A DNA stretch of 64,000 nt, from assembly GCA_964389025.1 (NCBI GenBank), contig CAYMCQ010000006.1:2340-66339 (forward strand), read 5' to 3'. Positions 18,682-27,519 of this stretch are shown piece by piece; position 1 is the stretch's first letter; every line of letters starts with the position of its first letter. This DNA comes from an uncultured Verrucomicrobiota bacterium (GTDB lineage Bacteria; Verrucomicrobiota; Verrucomicrobiia; Limisphaerales; CAYMCQ01). The position numbers were made by a program, and so were the translations under genes. Under the pieces are notes generated by a model. That model saw only the letters and a program-made list of their open reading frames with translations, searched no databases and had not been told where the DNA came from.

Positions 18682-20001
18682 TCACGTGAATTGGCCGTTT
18701 GCGTTATCCAAGAATGCTCCCTTCACGCGCCAGATGACTTTGATTTCTAGCGAGTCGAGCCAGTCAATAATATCGGGAGGCGGTTTACTCGGGAGCAAGA
18801 TCGCTTTGTGCAGGTCGCCAAACTTGGTGCTGCCTTGAAAGGCGTAATCCAGAAGTTGGCCGACCGCCATCCTGATGTGTTCACGACTTGCTGAGCTTTT
18901 AGCTTCGATGAGGTTTCGGCGATCCATTTCAAATGCGTCGCACTGAAGGTTCTTGTACCTGATAGCCGAGAGAGCGCGATCCTGTCGCCTCAGCCATCGC
19001 TGATAATCCTCCAGCAACACCGCCTCAATTTTCCTCGCTCTGGCGACTTTCGCGCGGGTCTGAACTTTATAGTCAAGCTGATGGTTTTCGGGCGAAGAAA
19101 CAATTTGCGGGGTCGCGAGCGCTGATTTTCGCGATTTGTTACGACCGAGCGCGCTATCGCCCTGTCCGGGAGATGATCGTCTTTGCAGTTGTTGATCGAT
19201 CCAATCGCATACTTTTCTGTGCGCGACATTACTCTCGGGATGGAGTTGGACCAGCGCCTTCGTGTGCCGAACCACCTCGTTCAGCGGCACGTCGCTGGGA
19301 GGCGGTCCGCTCCGAGGGATAAATGGCCGGAGTCGTCTCAATGAACCGAAACTTTCGGGCGGCTTGAAGCCCTTGATGTGTTTTGCGAATTCACCGCGTA
19401 CCACTCCGAATCCGACAATTTCAGGTTTGAAACGGTGACGCCTCGCAAGCAACACGACATCTTCGGGCTTTATTCCCCGCTTCGTTTTACCAGCGAACTT
19501 GGGGCCGATTTGGCCGTGGCCCCAATCATCTGGATACCATCCCATGAAAGCCGCGCCCGCACTGACCGATGCTTGTCTCCACTCGGCGACGGTTGCTTCG
19601 TTGTTCCTCACGTTTGGCGAAACGACCCAATAGGACCTTTTGGAATTCCTGGCAATTGTTGCGCCGTAACCAAACTCGGTCAGTCTGTCGCGAGCTGTTG
19701 CAAGCTCATCTTCGGTGAAAAGGTTGTTCCAAGGTGATTGGAGCGCCACCGCTTCAACCGACAAATCGAGACGGCGATGAGTCAGTAAACGCTCGAAACC
19801 TGCGGTTACTTTGGAGGGGCGCAGCCAATGTTTCGCGGCTGTCAGACCGCCATCACGAATGATTTTTTGCCGAAATCGGTAAGCTGGATAGCCGATTTGC
19901 GTCTTGGCGTCCTCGTAAATCTTCAGCGCGCGTTCCGTAAACGCGTCGGCAAGGGAAAGCTTTCCATTCATCACTGCTGGTGAATCTGAATCCGTGAACA
20001 A
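18682..20001 (-). CDS. Putative modification-reader nuclease: PUA/EVE-like middle domain plus C-terminal PD-(D/E)xK
   Basis: YWVVSPNVRN...IKPEDVVLLARR..PEIVGFGVV is EVE/PUA-like. CDAFEMDRRNLIEAKSS...GQLLDY is a D..E.K core. The gene starts 30 nt after the res stop. Confidence 0.45.
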   Translation of the reverse strand: MFTDSDSPAVMNGKLSLADAFTERALKIYEDAKTQIGYPAYRFRQKIIRDGGLTAAKHWLRPSKVTAGFERLLTHRRLDLSVEAVALQSPWNNLFTEDELATARDRLTEFGYGATIARNSKRSYWVVSPNVRNNEATVAEWRQASVSAGAAFMGWYPDDWGHGQIGPKFAGKTKRGIKPEDVVLLARRHRFKPEIVGFGVVRGEFAKHIKGFKPPESFGSLRRLRPFIPRSGPPPSDVPLNEVVRHTKALVQLHPESNVAHRKVCDWIDQQLQRRSSPGQGDSALGRNKSRKSALATPQIVSSPENHQLDYKVQTRAKVARARKIEAVLLEDYQRWLRRQDRALSAIRYKNLQCDAFEMDRRNLIEAKSSASREHIRMAVGQLLDYAFQGSTKFGDLHKAILLPSKPPPDIIDWLDSLEIKVIWRVKGAFLDNANGQFT

Positions 20002-20031
20002 AAGTCCCCCCGGCTGACCACTCTGTCTCGG

Positions 20032-22722
20032 TCAACTGACGGCGTACTGTGCCGCCAGTCGTTCCAAAGTCATATTCTCAAGCACCACGTCGTGGGGAAT
20101 AAGCACGTACTTCCACGGCTTGCCCTCGTACGTTTTCGCATGAGTGCTCGCATGGTTGCACCACTTCGCGGCAGCGTCACGCTTTGCGACAACTTTGGCA
20201 TCGTCCATTTCGCTGTCCGCTTTTGACTCCAATAGATAAATGGCTCTCTCCGTTTCTGCCACGAAATCAGGTTGGTATTCAGGATGGTCAGCGCCGTGCT
20301 TGTAATAAATCTGGAACTGCCCTCTCGCCGGTTTGAACCACCGTTGCGAATCCCGCTCCAGAATCATGGCCAATCTACGTTCCGTGTCCGACTGGAACTT
20401 CTGAACCGTGTAAAGGCATCGCTGGAATCCGCCGAAAAGGTGCTTTGCGATCTTTCGTTTCTCCGGCGGCGCTTTGCGGAAATCGAGCGGCGGTTCTGTC
20501 GCGGATGCTGTGTAGGCGCTTGGTTTGAGTTCGGTGAATCCCTTGCTGATTTTCACTTCGTAACCGACTGCTTCCTCCCAGTAGTGATCCTGCATCTGCA
20601 CGTGGATGAACCGCGAGAGCTCCCGCTGGTGGAAGCGAAGCACTTTGCGCGTATCGTCTTCAGACAAGTAACCCCGGAGATGCTGGACGACTTGCGATGC
20701 CAGATCGTACAACAAGTCTGCGTGGTCGTCGTACGAAATGTCGTCGAAGTCCATCAGCCCGGCGACCACGTAGTCCTCCAGTCGCTCTTCTTCAATACCG
20801 CCCCGGCCGAGGCCCAAAACCTCCAATTGATGTGTCCGCAGATGTTTGATCCACAGCTCCTCTGACGGCGGTTGATAATTGATCGAACTCAGATCCAACT
20901 TGAAGGGCTTGAACCCACAGCGCACTTCTCCTTTCGGAACAACAAGAATTCTGGGAATGTTGATCGTCTGCTGCACGACGATCTCCGTTGTCTTTGCGAC
21001 GACAGCCGCGAGGTCGGGCGGTTTCGCCACGCCTTCAATCTCCAATTGAGCCGGACGGTATTGAGCAGCAACTTCTTTCAGAACTTCGGCCTGGACTTCC
21101 GGGTGTTGCAGATACGTGACGCTCGGTAGTTTCTGCGGCTGGTTCTCAAGCTTACGGATCACTTCGTAAGCAATTTGAGCAACGCGCTGTTCCTCCTTGT
21201 TGTCGAATGCAGGCGGACCGCTGGGTGCGATCACCTGGGTAACAGCCGTTGCCTGTTCCGGCTGGATGCCCAGCCTGCTGGCCAGTTGCGATTGTGAAAC
21301 CACGGTGACCGTTCTTTCTCCAAGCTGGTCAGGCTCAAGAATCACTTTCTGAAGGTGGATCAGCGAGCCGGGTTTGTTGGCCTCATCAATGATTTCCTGG
21401 AATTTGTCGTGCGCGACGATGTTCAAACGGTCAACCGCCGTGACACCGGTTCGCCGTCCGTAAGGCAGGCGCAAGCCACGGCCAATGGACTGTTCAATCA
21501 GAATGCGCGCATTGGCCGCCCGCAACGGGACAATTGTGTAGAGATTCGTCACGTCCCAGCCCTCCTTCAGCATGTTGACGTGAATCACGATCTCCGTCGG
21601 TTCGTCGCTGTGCTCGACCTTGAGCAGCCGCGCTACCATCTCATCTTCCTCAGTGCCGGTCTTGCTGGAATCCACTTGGATCACCTTGTCCTTGTAGCGC
21701 CCGCCAAAGAATTCTTCCGATTGGATCAGCTTGAGCAACGACCCGGCGTGCGTGATGTCCCGCGCGATGACGAGCAAGAACGGCTTCACAATCTGGTTTC
21801 CCGATTCGCGCGCGTAAGTTTCCAATTCCACCTTCACGCTTTCGTGGAGTCGCAAGCCGTCTTCCAGCTTCAACCGCTCGATTTCCTCGGCCGACATTCC
21901 AGCCGGTTTGAAATCCTTGCGCGTCACAACCGCGGGTTCTTTCACAAAACCGTCTTCCATCGCCCGGCCCAGCGGATAATCCAGAATAACGTTCTTGAAC
22001 TGCACCGCGCCCTTGTTCGTTTCGATGAATGGCGTTGCGGTCAACTCCAGCCCAAGCACCGGTTTCAATTCATTGATCGCGCGCACGCCAGCAGAAGCGC
22101 GATAGCGATGCGACTCGTCCATGATGAGCACGAGGTCCGGCAATCCGGCCAAGTACTCGAAATAACTCTCGCCGATGTATTCCGAGAGGCGTTTGATACG
22201 TGGCGACTTTCCGCCGCGCACTTCGGAATTGATCTTCGAGATGTTAAAGACGTTCACCTTGCAGCGCAGCACCTGGTCGAACAGCGTGCCGGCCTTTGCT
22301 TCGTAATTGTCGCCGGTGATAATCTCCGGCTTGTCCACCGCAAATTCGGCAATGCCTTTGAAAACGTACTTGGGATGATTCGGCTCGGAGAATTCCCTCT
22401 GGAGCTTGTCGTAAATGGTCAGGTTTGGTGCGAGCACGAAGAAATTGTTAATCCCGTGCGCCAGGTGCAGATAACTGATAAACGCCCCCATCAGCCGTGT
22501 CTTGCCAACGCCAGTGGCCAGGGCGAAACAGACCGAAGGAAATTCACGCTCGAAATCCGTGACCGTCGGGAATTCAGCCCGAATCGCATCCAGCGCCGCT
22601 TGAACATCCGCGCCCTTCTGCGGCGGAACGATCTCCGTCAGACGGTCGAGAATCTCCAGCGAGCGCCGTTGCGGCAGGCGCAAACTCAAGCGACCGGCGA
22701 TGGCATTGACGTGGCGATTCAT
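20032..22722 (-). CDS. res: Type III restriction enzyme Res subunit (SF2 helicase plus C-terminal endonuclease)
   Basis: Walker A ATGVGKTR, DEAH-like LIMDESHRY, helicase C motifs, and C-terminal PDFVAE...YLLESKAD. Confidence 0.85.
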   Translation of the reverse strand: MNRHVNAIAGRLSLRLPQRRSLEILDRLTEIVPPQKGADVQAALDAIRAEFPTVTDFEREFPSVCFALATGVGKTRLMGAFISYLHLAHGINNFFVLAPNLTIYDKLQREFSEPNHPKYVFKGIAEFAVDKPEIITGDNYEAKAGTLFDQVLRCKVNVFNISKINSEVRGGKSPRIKRLSEYIGESYFEYLAGLPDLVLIMDESHRYRASAGVRAINELKPVLGLELTATPFIETNKGAVQFKNVILDYPLGRAMEDGFVKEPAVVTRKDFKPAGMSAEEIERLKLEDGLRLHESVKVELETYARESGNQIVKPFLLVIARDITHAGSLLKLIQSEEFFGGRYKDKVIQVDSSKTGTEEDEMVARLLKVEHSDEPTEIVIHVNMLKEGWDVTNLYTIVPLRAANARILIEQSIGRGLRLPYGRRTGVTAVDRLNIVAHDKFQEIIDEANKPGSLIHLQKVILEPDQLGERTVTVVSQSQLASRLGIQPEQATAVTQVIAPSGPPAFDNKEEQRVAQIAYEVIRKLENQPQKLPSVTYLQHPEVQAEVLKEVAAQYRPAQLEIEGVAKPPDLAAVVAKTTEIVVQQTINIPRILVVPKGEVRCGFKPFKLDLSSINYQPPSEELWIKHLRTHQLEVLGLGRGGIEEERLEDYVVAGLMDFDDISYDDHADLLYDLASQVVQHLRGYLSEDDTRKVLRFHQRELSRFIHVQMQDHYWEEAVGYEVKISKGFTELKPSAYTASATEPPLDFRKAPPEKRKIAKHLFGGFQRCLYTVQKFQSDTERRLAMILERDSQRWFKPARGQFQIYYKHGADHPEYQPDFVAETERAIYLLESKADSEMDDAKVVAKRDAAAKWCNHASTHAKTYEGKPWKYVLIPHDVVLENMTLERLAAQYAVS

Positions 22723-22728
22723 TCTATT

Positions 22729-23622
22729 TCATTTCCAAATTGGCGACGTTTCCCAGTTTGCGGGAAAGCCCGCGAGATTGAGGGGAATGTCGGTGTAGCT
22801 TTTCAGCAATCCTCGCAGGCGGTCGGCCCATCGGCTCTGCGGCGCAACTTTTCGCAAGAGCCACATCAAGAGGGTGAGCACCGCAAAGACCCTGCGGTTA
22901 TCTGCGGTCACCGGCACATGCCACTCCGGCGCGTGCTTCCGGTCGGGAATCAGCGGGCGGATTCCCAATTCGCGATTCCACAAGCGCGAATGATGGGCGC
23001 ACAGATTGCGGATGTAGTTCAGGCAAAAGAGCCAGCTTTGCAGCACGCTTGCCGGCAAACCGAGACAATTCGAAAGTTGCTTCTGCTCGGCCAGGTGCAG
23101 GTAACGATAGAACGTAAACAATGCTCCGAAGCTCGCCACCTCCGCGGTCATCCAAAGGGGCAGACCCGGTTCGCTCGTGTATTTGGCGCGGTAGTGTGCG
23201 ACGAACAGTTCCCGACTCCGTTTCATTGCTTCGTCAATCTCGTCCACCATTCGGTGATGATCCGCGCCGGCAAATTCCGGGCGGAAGTTCCGGTCGTCGC
23301 GATAGCCAAACGGCCCGTACCGCCGCGCGTGTTGTTCCACCATCAACGTCCGCAGAACGGCGATTTCCACGCGCTCAATTGCGTCCATCACCAGCAACCG
23401 CAACTGCCGGTCGAACGTGTAACGCCGCCACACTTTGTCCAACGTGATGCCGGGAACGAATGTGTCATCCGCGCGCTTGAAGGGATGCCAGTAGGCGCTC
23501 AGCCGGTAATAACTGACCCGGCTCAACGTTTCAATCAACCGGGTGCGGTCGGCCTGGAAGCCGCGTTTCAGCAGCAGGTCTGCTTGTTGCTCGAAGGAAA
23601 GCGCGGGCTTGTTATACTTCAC
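22729..23622 (-). CDS. Abi_2 (AbiD/AbiF-like) abortive-infection protein
   Basis: YNKPALSFEQQADLLLKRGF...VSYYRLSAYWHPF. A GTG start at 23622 follows GAAGGAGG by 5 nt (the ORF track extends to 23778). Confidence 0.8.
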   Translation of the reverse strand: MKYNKPALSFEQQADLLLKRGFQADRTRLIETLSRVSYYRLSAYWHPFKRADDTFVPGITLDKVWRRYTFDRQLRLLVMDAIERVEIAVLRTLMVEQHARRYGPFGYRDDRNFRPEFAGADHHRMVDEIDEAMKRSRELFVAHYRAKYTSEPGLPLWMTAEVASFGALFTFYRYLHLAEQKQLSNCLGLPASVLQSWLFCLNYIRNLCAHHSRLWNRELGIRPLIPDRKHAPEWHVPVTADNRRVFAVLTLLMWLLRKVAPQSRWADRLRGLLKSYTDIPLNLAGFPANWETSPIWK

Positions 23623-23717
23623 GCGGGCCTCCTTCGCTGATTCGGGCAATAAAAAACCCGCCACATTTGAGCTTGGCTTTCGCCAGAGGCTTGGCAGGTA
23701 TGCTGCGAGGAAGATCA

Positions 23718-23753
23718 CATAAGCGCTTATGCGTGTCAATACCCAAGCGCTTG
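23718..23753. promoter_or_regulatory. Two AAGCGCTT-core palindromes (cataagcgcttatg, caagcgcttg) upstream of the abi gene
   Basis: Read directly from the sequence. Centres are about 24 bp apart, in the mod-abi intergenic region. Confidence 0.3.
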
Positions 23754-23829
23754 CGTATTGCGCCGCCGCTCTGGACAACGAGCCGACTCCTCAAGCTTCT
23801 GCGCGCCAAAGACCTTTTGTTCCCGGCGC

Positions 23830-25458
23830 TCATTTGCCCACCTCCGCTGGAAATAGAACTTGTTGCCCCTTCGGGGGCGGCGCTTTGGGCAGATTTTCGA
23901 CCTGCAACGAATAATCATCATGCCCCCACTCGCAACGGGACATGACGGTCTTCGGAATCTTCTTCACGGTCAGATTCGGATAACGATCCGCCTTTCCGCG
24001 GAACGCGGCGCAGAGCACCAGCAAGGTGCGCTCAGTGCCCACTTCATCGCTCAATTGTGCCAGTTGATCTCCGTTCAAGTTCTGCGTCGTCACGTAAATG
24101 AAATCGCGCTCCGTGGAATGGCCGTGCTGCCAATAAACCGTGTCGCTTGGCGCGAAGGTGAAACCCTCCAGCTTGCACACCGCCTCGGCCAGCATGGGCG
24201 CGTTGAATTCTTTGCTGATGACCCAATTGCCCCACTTATCCTGCGTCAGCAGCGACGGCGCGAGGCGGTAATAGCGGAATCCTCCACCGCCCTTCCAAGC
24301 CGCCGCTTCTGTGATGCCGCCAGGGTCTGCTCCATCAATTACCTTCCTGAGCCGGGGAATGATGTGCGTGTGGCAATGTTCGCCCAACTCCACCATGATC
24401 CAGCGCCGGCCCATCTTGTGCGCGACCGCACCCGTTGTTCCCGAGCCAGCGAACGAGTCGAGCACCCAGTCGCTGGGATTTGTCGCGATATTCACGATTC
24501 GCTCAATAAGACGTTCCGGCTTCGGAGTGTCGAACGCGTCAACTTTGCCGAACAATCCATGGATCTCCTTCTTTGCTTCATCGGTGTGGCCAACTTCCTC
24601 GCTCGGCCACCATGTCCACGGCACCATACCTTCCACTTCCGTAAGGTAGCGAATAACATTCGGCTGGGAATTTCCGTCCTTGCCAAACCAAATCCTCCCT
24701 TCGTTCTTCAATTTCAAGAACTCAGGCTCAATCATACTCCAACAACGACCCTCGGGAGGACGGTGAACAACGCCCGTGGGCGTGGTAATCGAGTACATTT
24801 GGTTTGTACGAAATCCCTGCGCCGTCATCGGAATCCCGCGCCATCGACCATGCGGATCATTGTTCGGATTCTTGTAAATCTTCGCTTGTTCTTCTGTGAT
24901 TGGAACCCGGTTCCGCGCCGCTTTGAAATGATCAGGGGACTTAGCGTACATCACGATGTATTCATGTACGTCTCCGATGGCTTCCCGATTCTCGCGTGAA
25001 TATCTTTTCTGCCAGACGTTGGTCGCAATGAAGTTCGCTCGCCCACAAATCTCGTCCATCAGGACTCGGAGATACGGCATCTCGTAATCGTCGATGGAAA
25101 CCCAAAGCGATCCGTCGATAGTCAGTAAGCGCCAGAGAACATCGAGGCGCTCCCGGATAAGCGAAAGCCAGATCGAGTGTTCGATGCCGTCGTCGTAGTG
25201 AGTAAATGCAGCGCCAGTGTTATAGGGCGGATCAATGTAGATGCACTTGATCTTGCCGGTGAACTCCTGTTCGAGCGCCTTGAGGGCAAGGAGATTGTCA
25301 CCAAAGATGAGCCGGTTGTCGAAAAGGTCCGTGTCTGTGACCCGTTGCGGCGCATGATACGACTTTTCCGGGTCTTCCAGCAAAATGCGCGGCTCAAGCC
25401 TGGGCCGGTTCTCCTTCCCAATCCACGTCAGTTCCAGTTTTTGTTTCTTTGAATTCAT
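23830..25458 (-). CDS. mod: Type III (beta-class) N6-adenine/N4-cytosine DNA methyltransferase Mod
   Basis: IYIDPPYNTG (motif IV) precedes DSFAGSGTTG (motif I). N-terminus LELTWIGKENRP is typical of Mod. Confidence 0.9.
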   Translation of the reverse strand: MNSKKQKLELTWIGKENRPRLEPRILLEDPEKSYHAPQRVTDTDLFDNRLIFGDNLLALKALEQEFTGKIKCIYIDPPYNTGAAFTHYDDGIEHSIWLSLIRERLDVLWRLLTIDGSLWVSIDDYEMPYLRVLMDEICGRANFIATNVWQKRYSRENREAIGDVHEYIVMYAKSPDHFKAARNRVPITEEQAKIYKNPNNDPHGRWRGIPMTAQGFRTNQMYSITTPTGVVHRPPEGRCWSMIEPEFLKLKNEGRIWFGKDGNSQPNVIRYLTEVEGMVPWTWWPSEEVGHTDEAKKEIHGLFGKVDAFDTPKPERLIERIVNIATNPSDWVLDSFAGSGTTGAVAHKMGRRWIMVELGEHCHTHIIPRLRKVIDGADPGGITEAAAWKGGGGFRYYRLAPSLLTQDKWGNWVISKEFNAPMLAEAVCKLEGFTFAPSDTVYWQHGHSTERDFIYVTTQNLNGDQLAQLSDEVGTERTLLVLCAAFRGKADRYPNLTVKKIPKTVMSRCEWGHDDYSLQVENLPKAPPPKGQQVLFPAEVGK

Positions 25459-27455
25459 TCAGGCGCGGTTGTGGGCAAATCCATCACTTGCTGGCTGAGC
25501 AATTGGTCCAGCACTTTTGAACGGCTACCCTGCGACACTGCCGCATAGCGATCTTCGAGGCGCTCTTTGAGTTTGAAGAGGCGTTTCGTTGCGGTTTGCG
25601 TCAACGTGGAATAGCAGATGCCCTTGACTGTGGCGTGGTCAACGTCGTTCGATCGAAGTGTTTTTTCGAGCGAGGCAGCCGAGTCCACACGACTGCCGAT
25701 CACAAAACTGTGCGTAAAGAAGTGGCCGGTGATGCAACCGCAGTTGCGAATGGCGTCAATGTATTCCTCCGCCTGGCCCAACTCCTTGCGACCAATTTGC
25801 GAGTCGCCTTTCTTCAATTCCAGCAATAAGACCTTTTTGATTTGCGCCAAGCCATCTCGAGAATCAATTTCCTCCAAGGCAACCGCACTGAAAGTCGAGT
25901 CGGCCAGAAGGAGCAAATCAGCCCGCTTGCGCCAATTGGGGTAGTCTTGCGGAGAACTCTGAACCTTGAATACGGCATTGACCGCATTCTTCAGGCTCAG
26001 GTTTGAGGCGTACTCGTTGGTCTCGAATTCCGCACCAAACAACCACCGCGCGTCCGTGACTAGGGGATGGAGTGTGTGCAACTCGTCGGTATCCTTCCTG
26101 CCGGCCAGAAGTTCAATCGCCCTGACGGTCGCGATGCGATGGTCGATTTCCTCCAATACCGTCAGGGCATCTTGCGCGGACCAGTCTGACAAAAGTTTGT
26201 CCAGTGCTTCCACATCATCACTCGGCAACGCCGAGAGTTTTTCCAGCAAGCGCTGGCCGCTTTTCGTTTGCTGCAAATTGATGACTGCCTGAACTGCCGT
26301 GGAAAGGGATTCTGGTTTGATGGTCGGCTCACGTTCGACTACCGCCTCGACGAACGAGGCGACCTCAATTCTCGCGGCCCCACTCAGCGGACGGATAGAC
26401 TGCAAATTGTCCTCAAACGCCCGGCGCTTGGTTTCGTCAACTTTCTCTCTGGAGAACTCCTGATATTTTGCCAACGCAAAATCATTGAGCACCTTGAACA
26501 AGGAATTCCTTCGCGCGCCTTTCTTGAACCCTGACCAATCGGGCTCAAGTTCCGGCTCCATGCAGTCGCACCGAACGAGAATGGTGAACCGGCGACCAAA
26601 AGTCGTGCGTGCGTCAATGGGGGCATAGCTGCCAATTGTCCAGCTTGGTTCGCCAACCAGACGGTTTTGAACCCAAAACGCGAACCCCTGCTTTTGTTTT
26701 GTCCGCGCGCTTTTCTGCGTATCAACCAACACGATTTCGATCTCGCCACACTCGGGCACGGGGAGCTTGACGGGTTCGTCAGCGCCTGGATGCGACGCGA
26801 GAGAAAGAGCAACACCGTTCACCGAGACTACAAAGCGGGGATCATGAATAAAACGACCGGAAATGGTTTCTCGGATTGAATCGGAATCCGGGAGATTGCG
26901 TTGTACCTCCGCTTCGATTGCAGTTCCAAAACCGTCGCCATTGCCGGTCTTCTCCGAGCGAATGATAAAGGGATGAGCCCCGCTGGATAGTTCAACGGCA
27001 AACTCTGACTGAGTCCCACCCTTCCTTGTCCCAACAGTGTAATTGTCGGCGAAGCAAAACATGCCATGCCGCCCGATTCCATTGCGCCCATAGGCTCGCC
27101 TTTTACCAACGTCCGCGCCCGCTGGAAACTCAACTTCGAGACCCTGGTGCTTTTGCCGATTGTATCCCAGCTTCATCCATCGCTGTTTGAACTCCTCGGG
27201 CGTCATGCCAACGCCGTTATCCGTGACTCGAATCGGTCCACCCGATTGAGTCGGTATATCAATGTTGACCTTCGTTGCACCCGCATCCCATGCGTTTGCC
27301 ACAAGCTCTGTGAGAGCGTATTCGGCATCACGGACGATGTTGCCGAGGCTCCTGATCAGGTAGTCATCCTCGAACAACGACCCTTGGATGAATTGTTGCG
27401 GCGAGATCATTCGTGAAAAGCCTCCGTTCTCCAGACACTTCTTGGCGCTCCGCAC
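25455..27455 (-). CDS. GHKL (MORC/paraMORC-like, HATPase_c_3) ATPase with C-terminal PD-(D/E)xK-like module
   Basis: Bergerat motifs ELVANAWDAGA and VTDNGVGM. C-terminal ADLLLLAD...VLLLELKKGD. ATGA overlap with the mod start. Confidence 0.7.
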   Translation of the reverse strand: MRSAKKCLENGGFSRMISPQQFIQGSLFEDDYLIRSLGNIVRDAEYALTELVANAWDAGATKVNIDIPTQSGGPIRVTDNGVGMTPEEFKQRWMKLGYNRQKHQGLEVEFPAGADVGKRRAYGRNGIGRHGMFCFADNYTVGTRKGGTQSEFAVELSSGAHPFIIRSEKTGNGDGFGTAIEAEVQRNLPDSDSIRETISGRFIHDPRFVVSVNGVALSLASHPGADEPVKLPVPECGEIEIVLVDTQKSARTKQKQGFAFWVQNRLVGEPSWTIGSYAPIDARTTFGRRFTILVRCDCMEPELEPDWSGFKKGARRNSLFKVLNDFALAKYQEFSREKVDETKRRAFEDNLQSIRPLSGAARIEVASFVEAVVEREPTIKPESLSTAVQAVINLQQTKSGQRLLEKLSALPSDDVEALDKLLSDWSAQDALTVLEEIDHRIATVRAIELLAGRKDTDELHTLHPLVTDARWLFGAEFETNEYASNLSLKNAVNAVFKVQSSPQDYPNWRKRADLLLLADSTFSAVALEEIDSRDGLAQIKKVLLLELKKGDSQIGRKELGQAEEYIDAIRNCGCITGHFFTHSFVIGSRVDSAASLEKTLRSNDVDHATVKGICYSTLTQTATKRLFKLKERLEDRYAAVSQGSRSKVLDQLLSQQVMDLPTTAPE

Positions 27456-27519
27456 GGCAATCCATCTCGGCTTTTCCGAGCCGTCATGGTTTTTAGGTTC
27501 CGGGTCTTCGTCACGCTCA

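Noticed and set aside
21355-23640. 761-aa plus-strand ORF, the longest unassigned ORF in the window
   Set aside because: It is fully antisense to res and the Abi_2 gene, which carry clear motifs. Its translation is R/Q/H/L-rich low complexity with no motif. This is a typical shadow ORF in GC-rich DNA.
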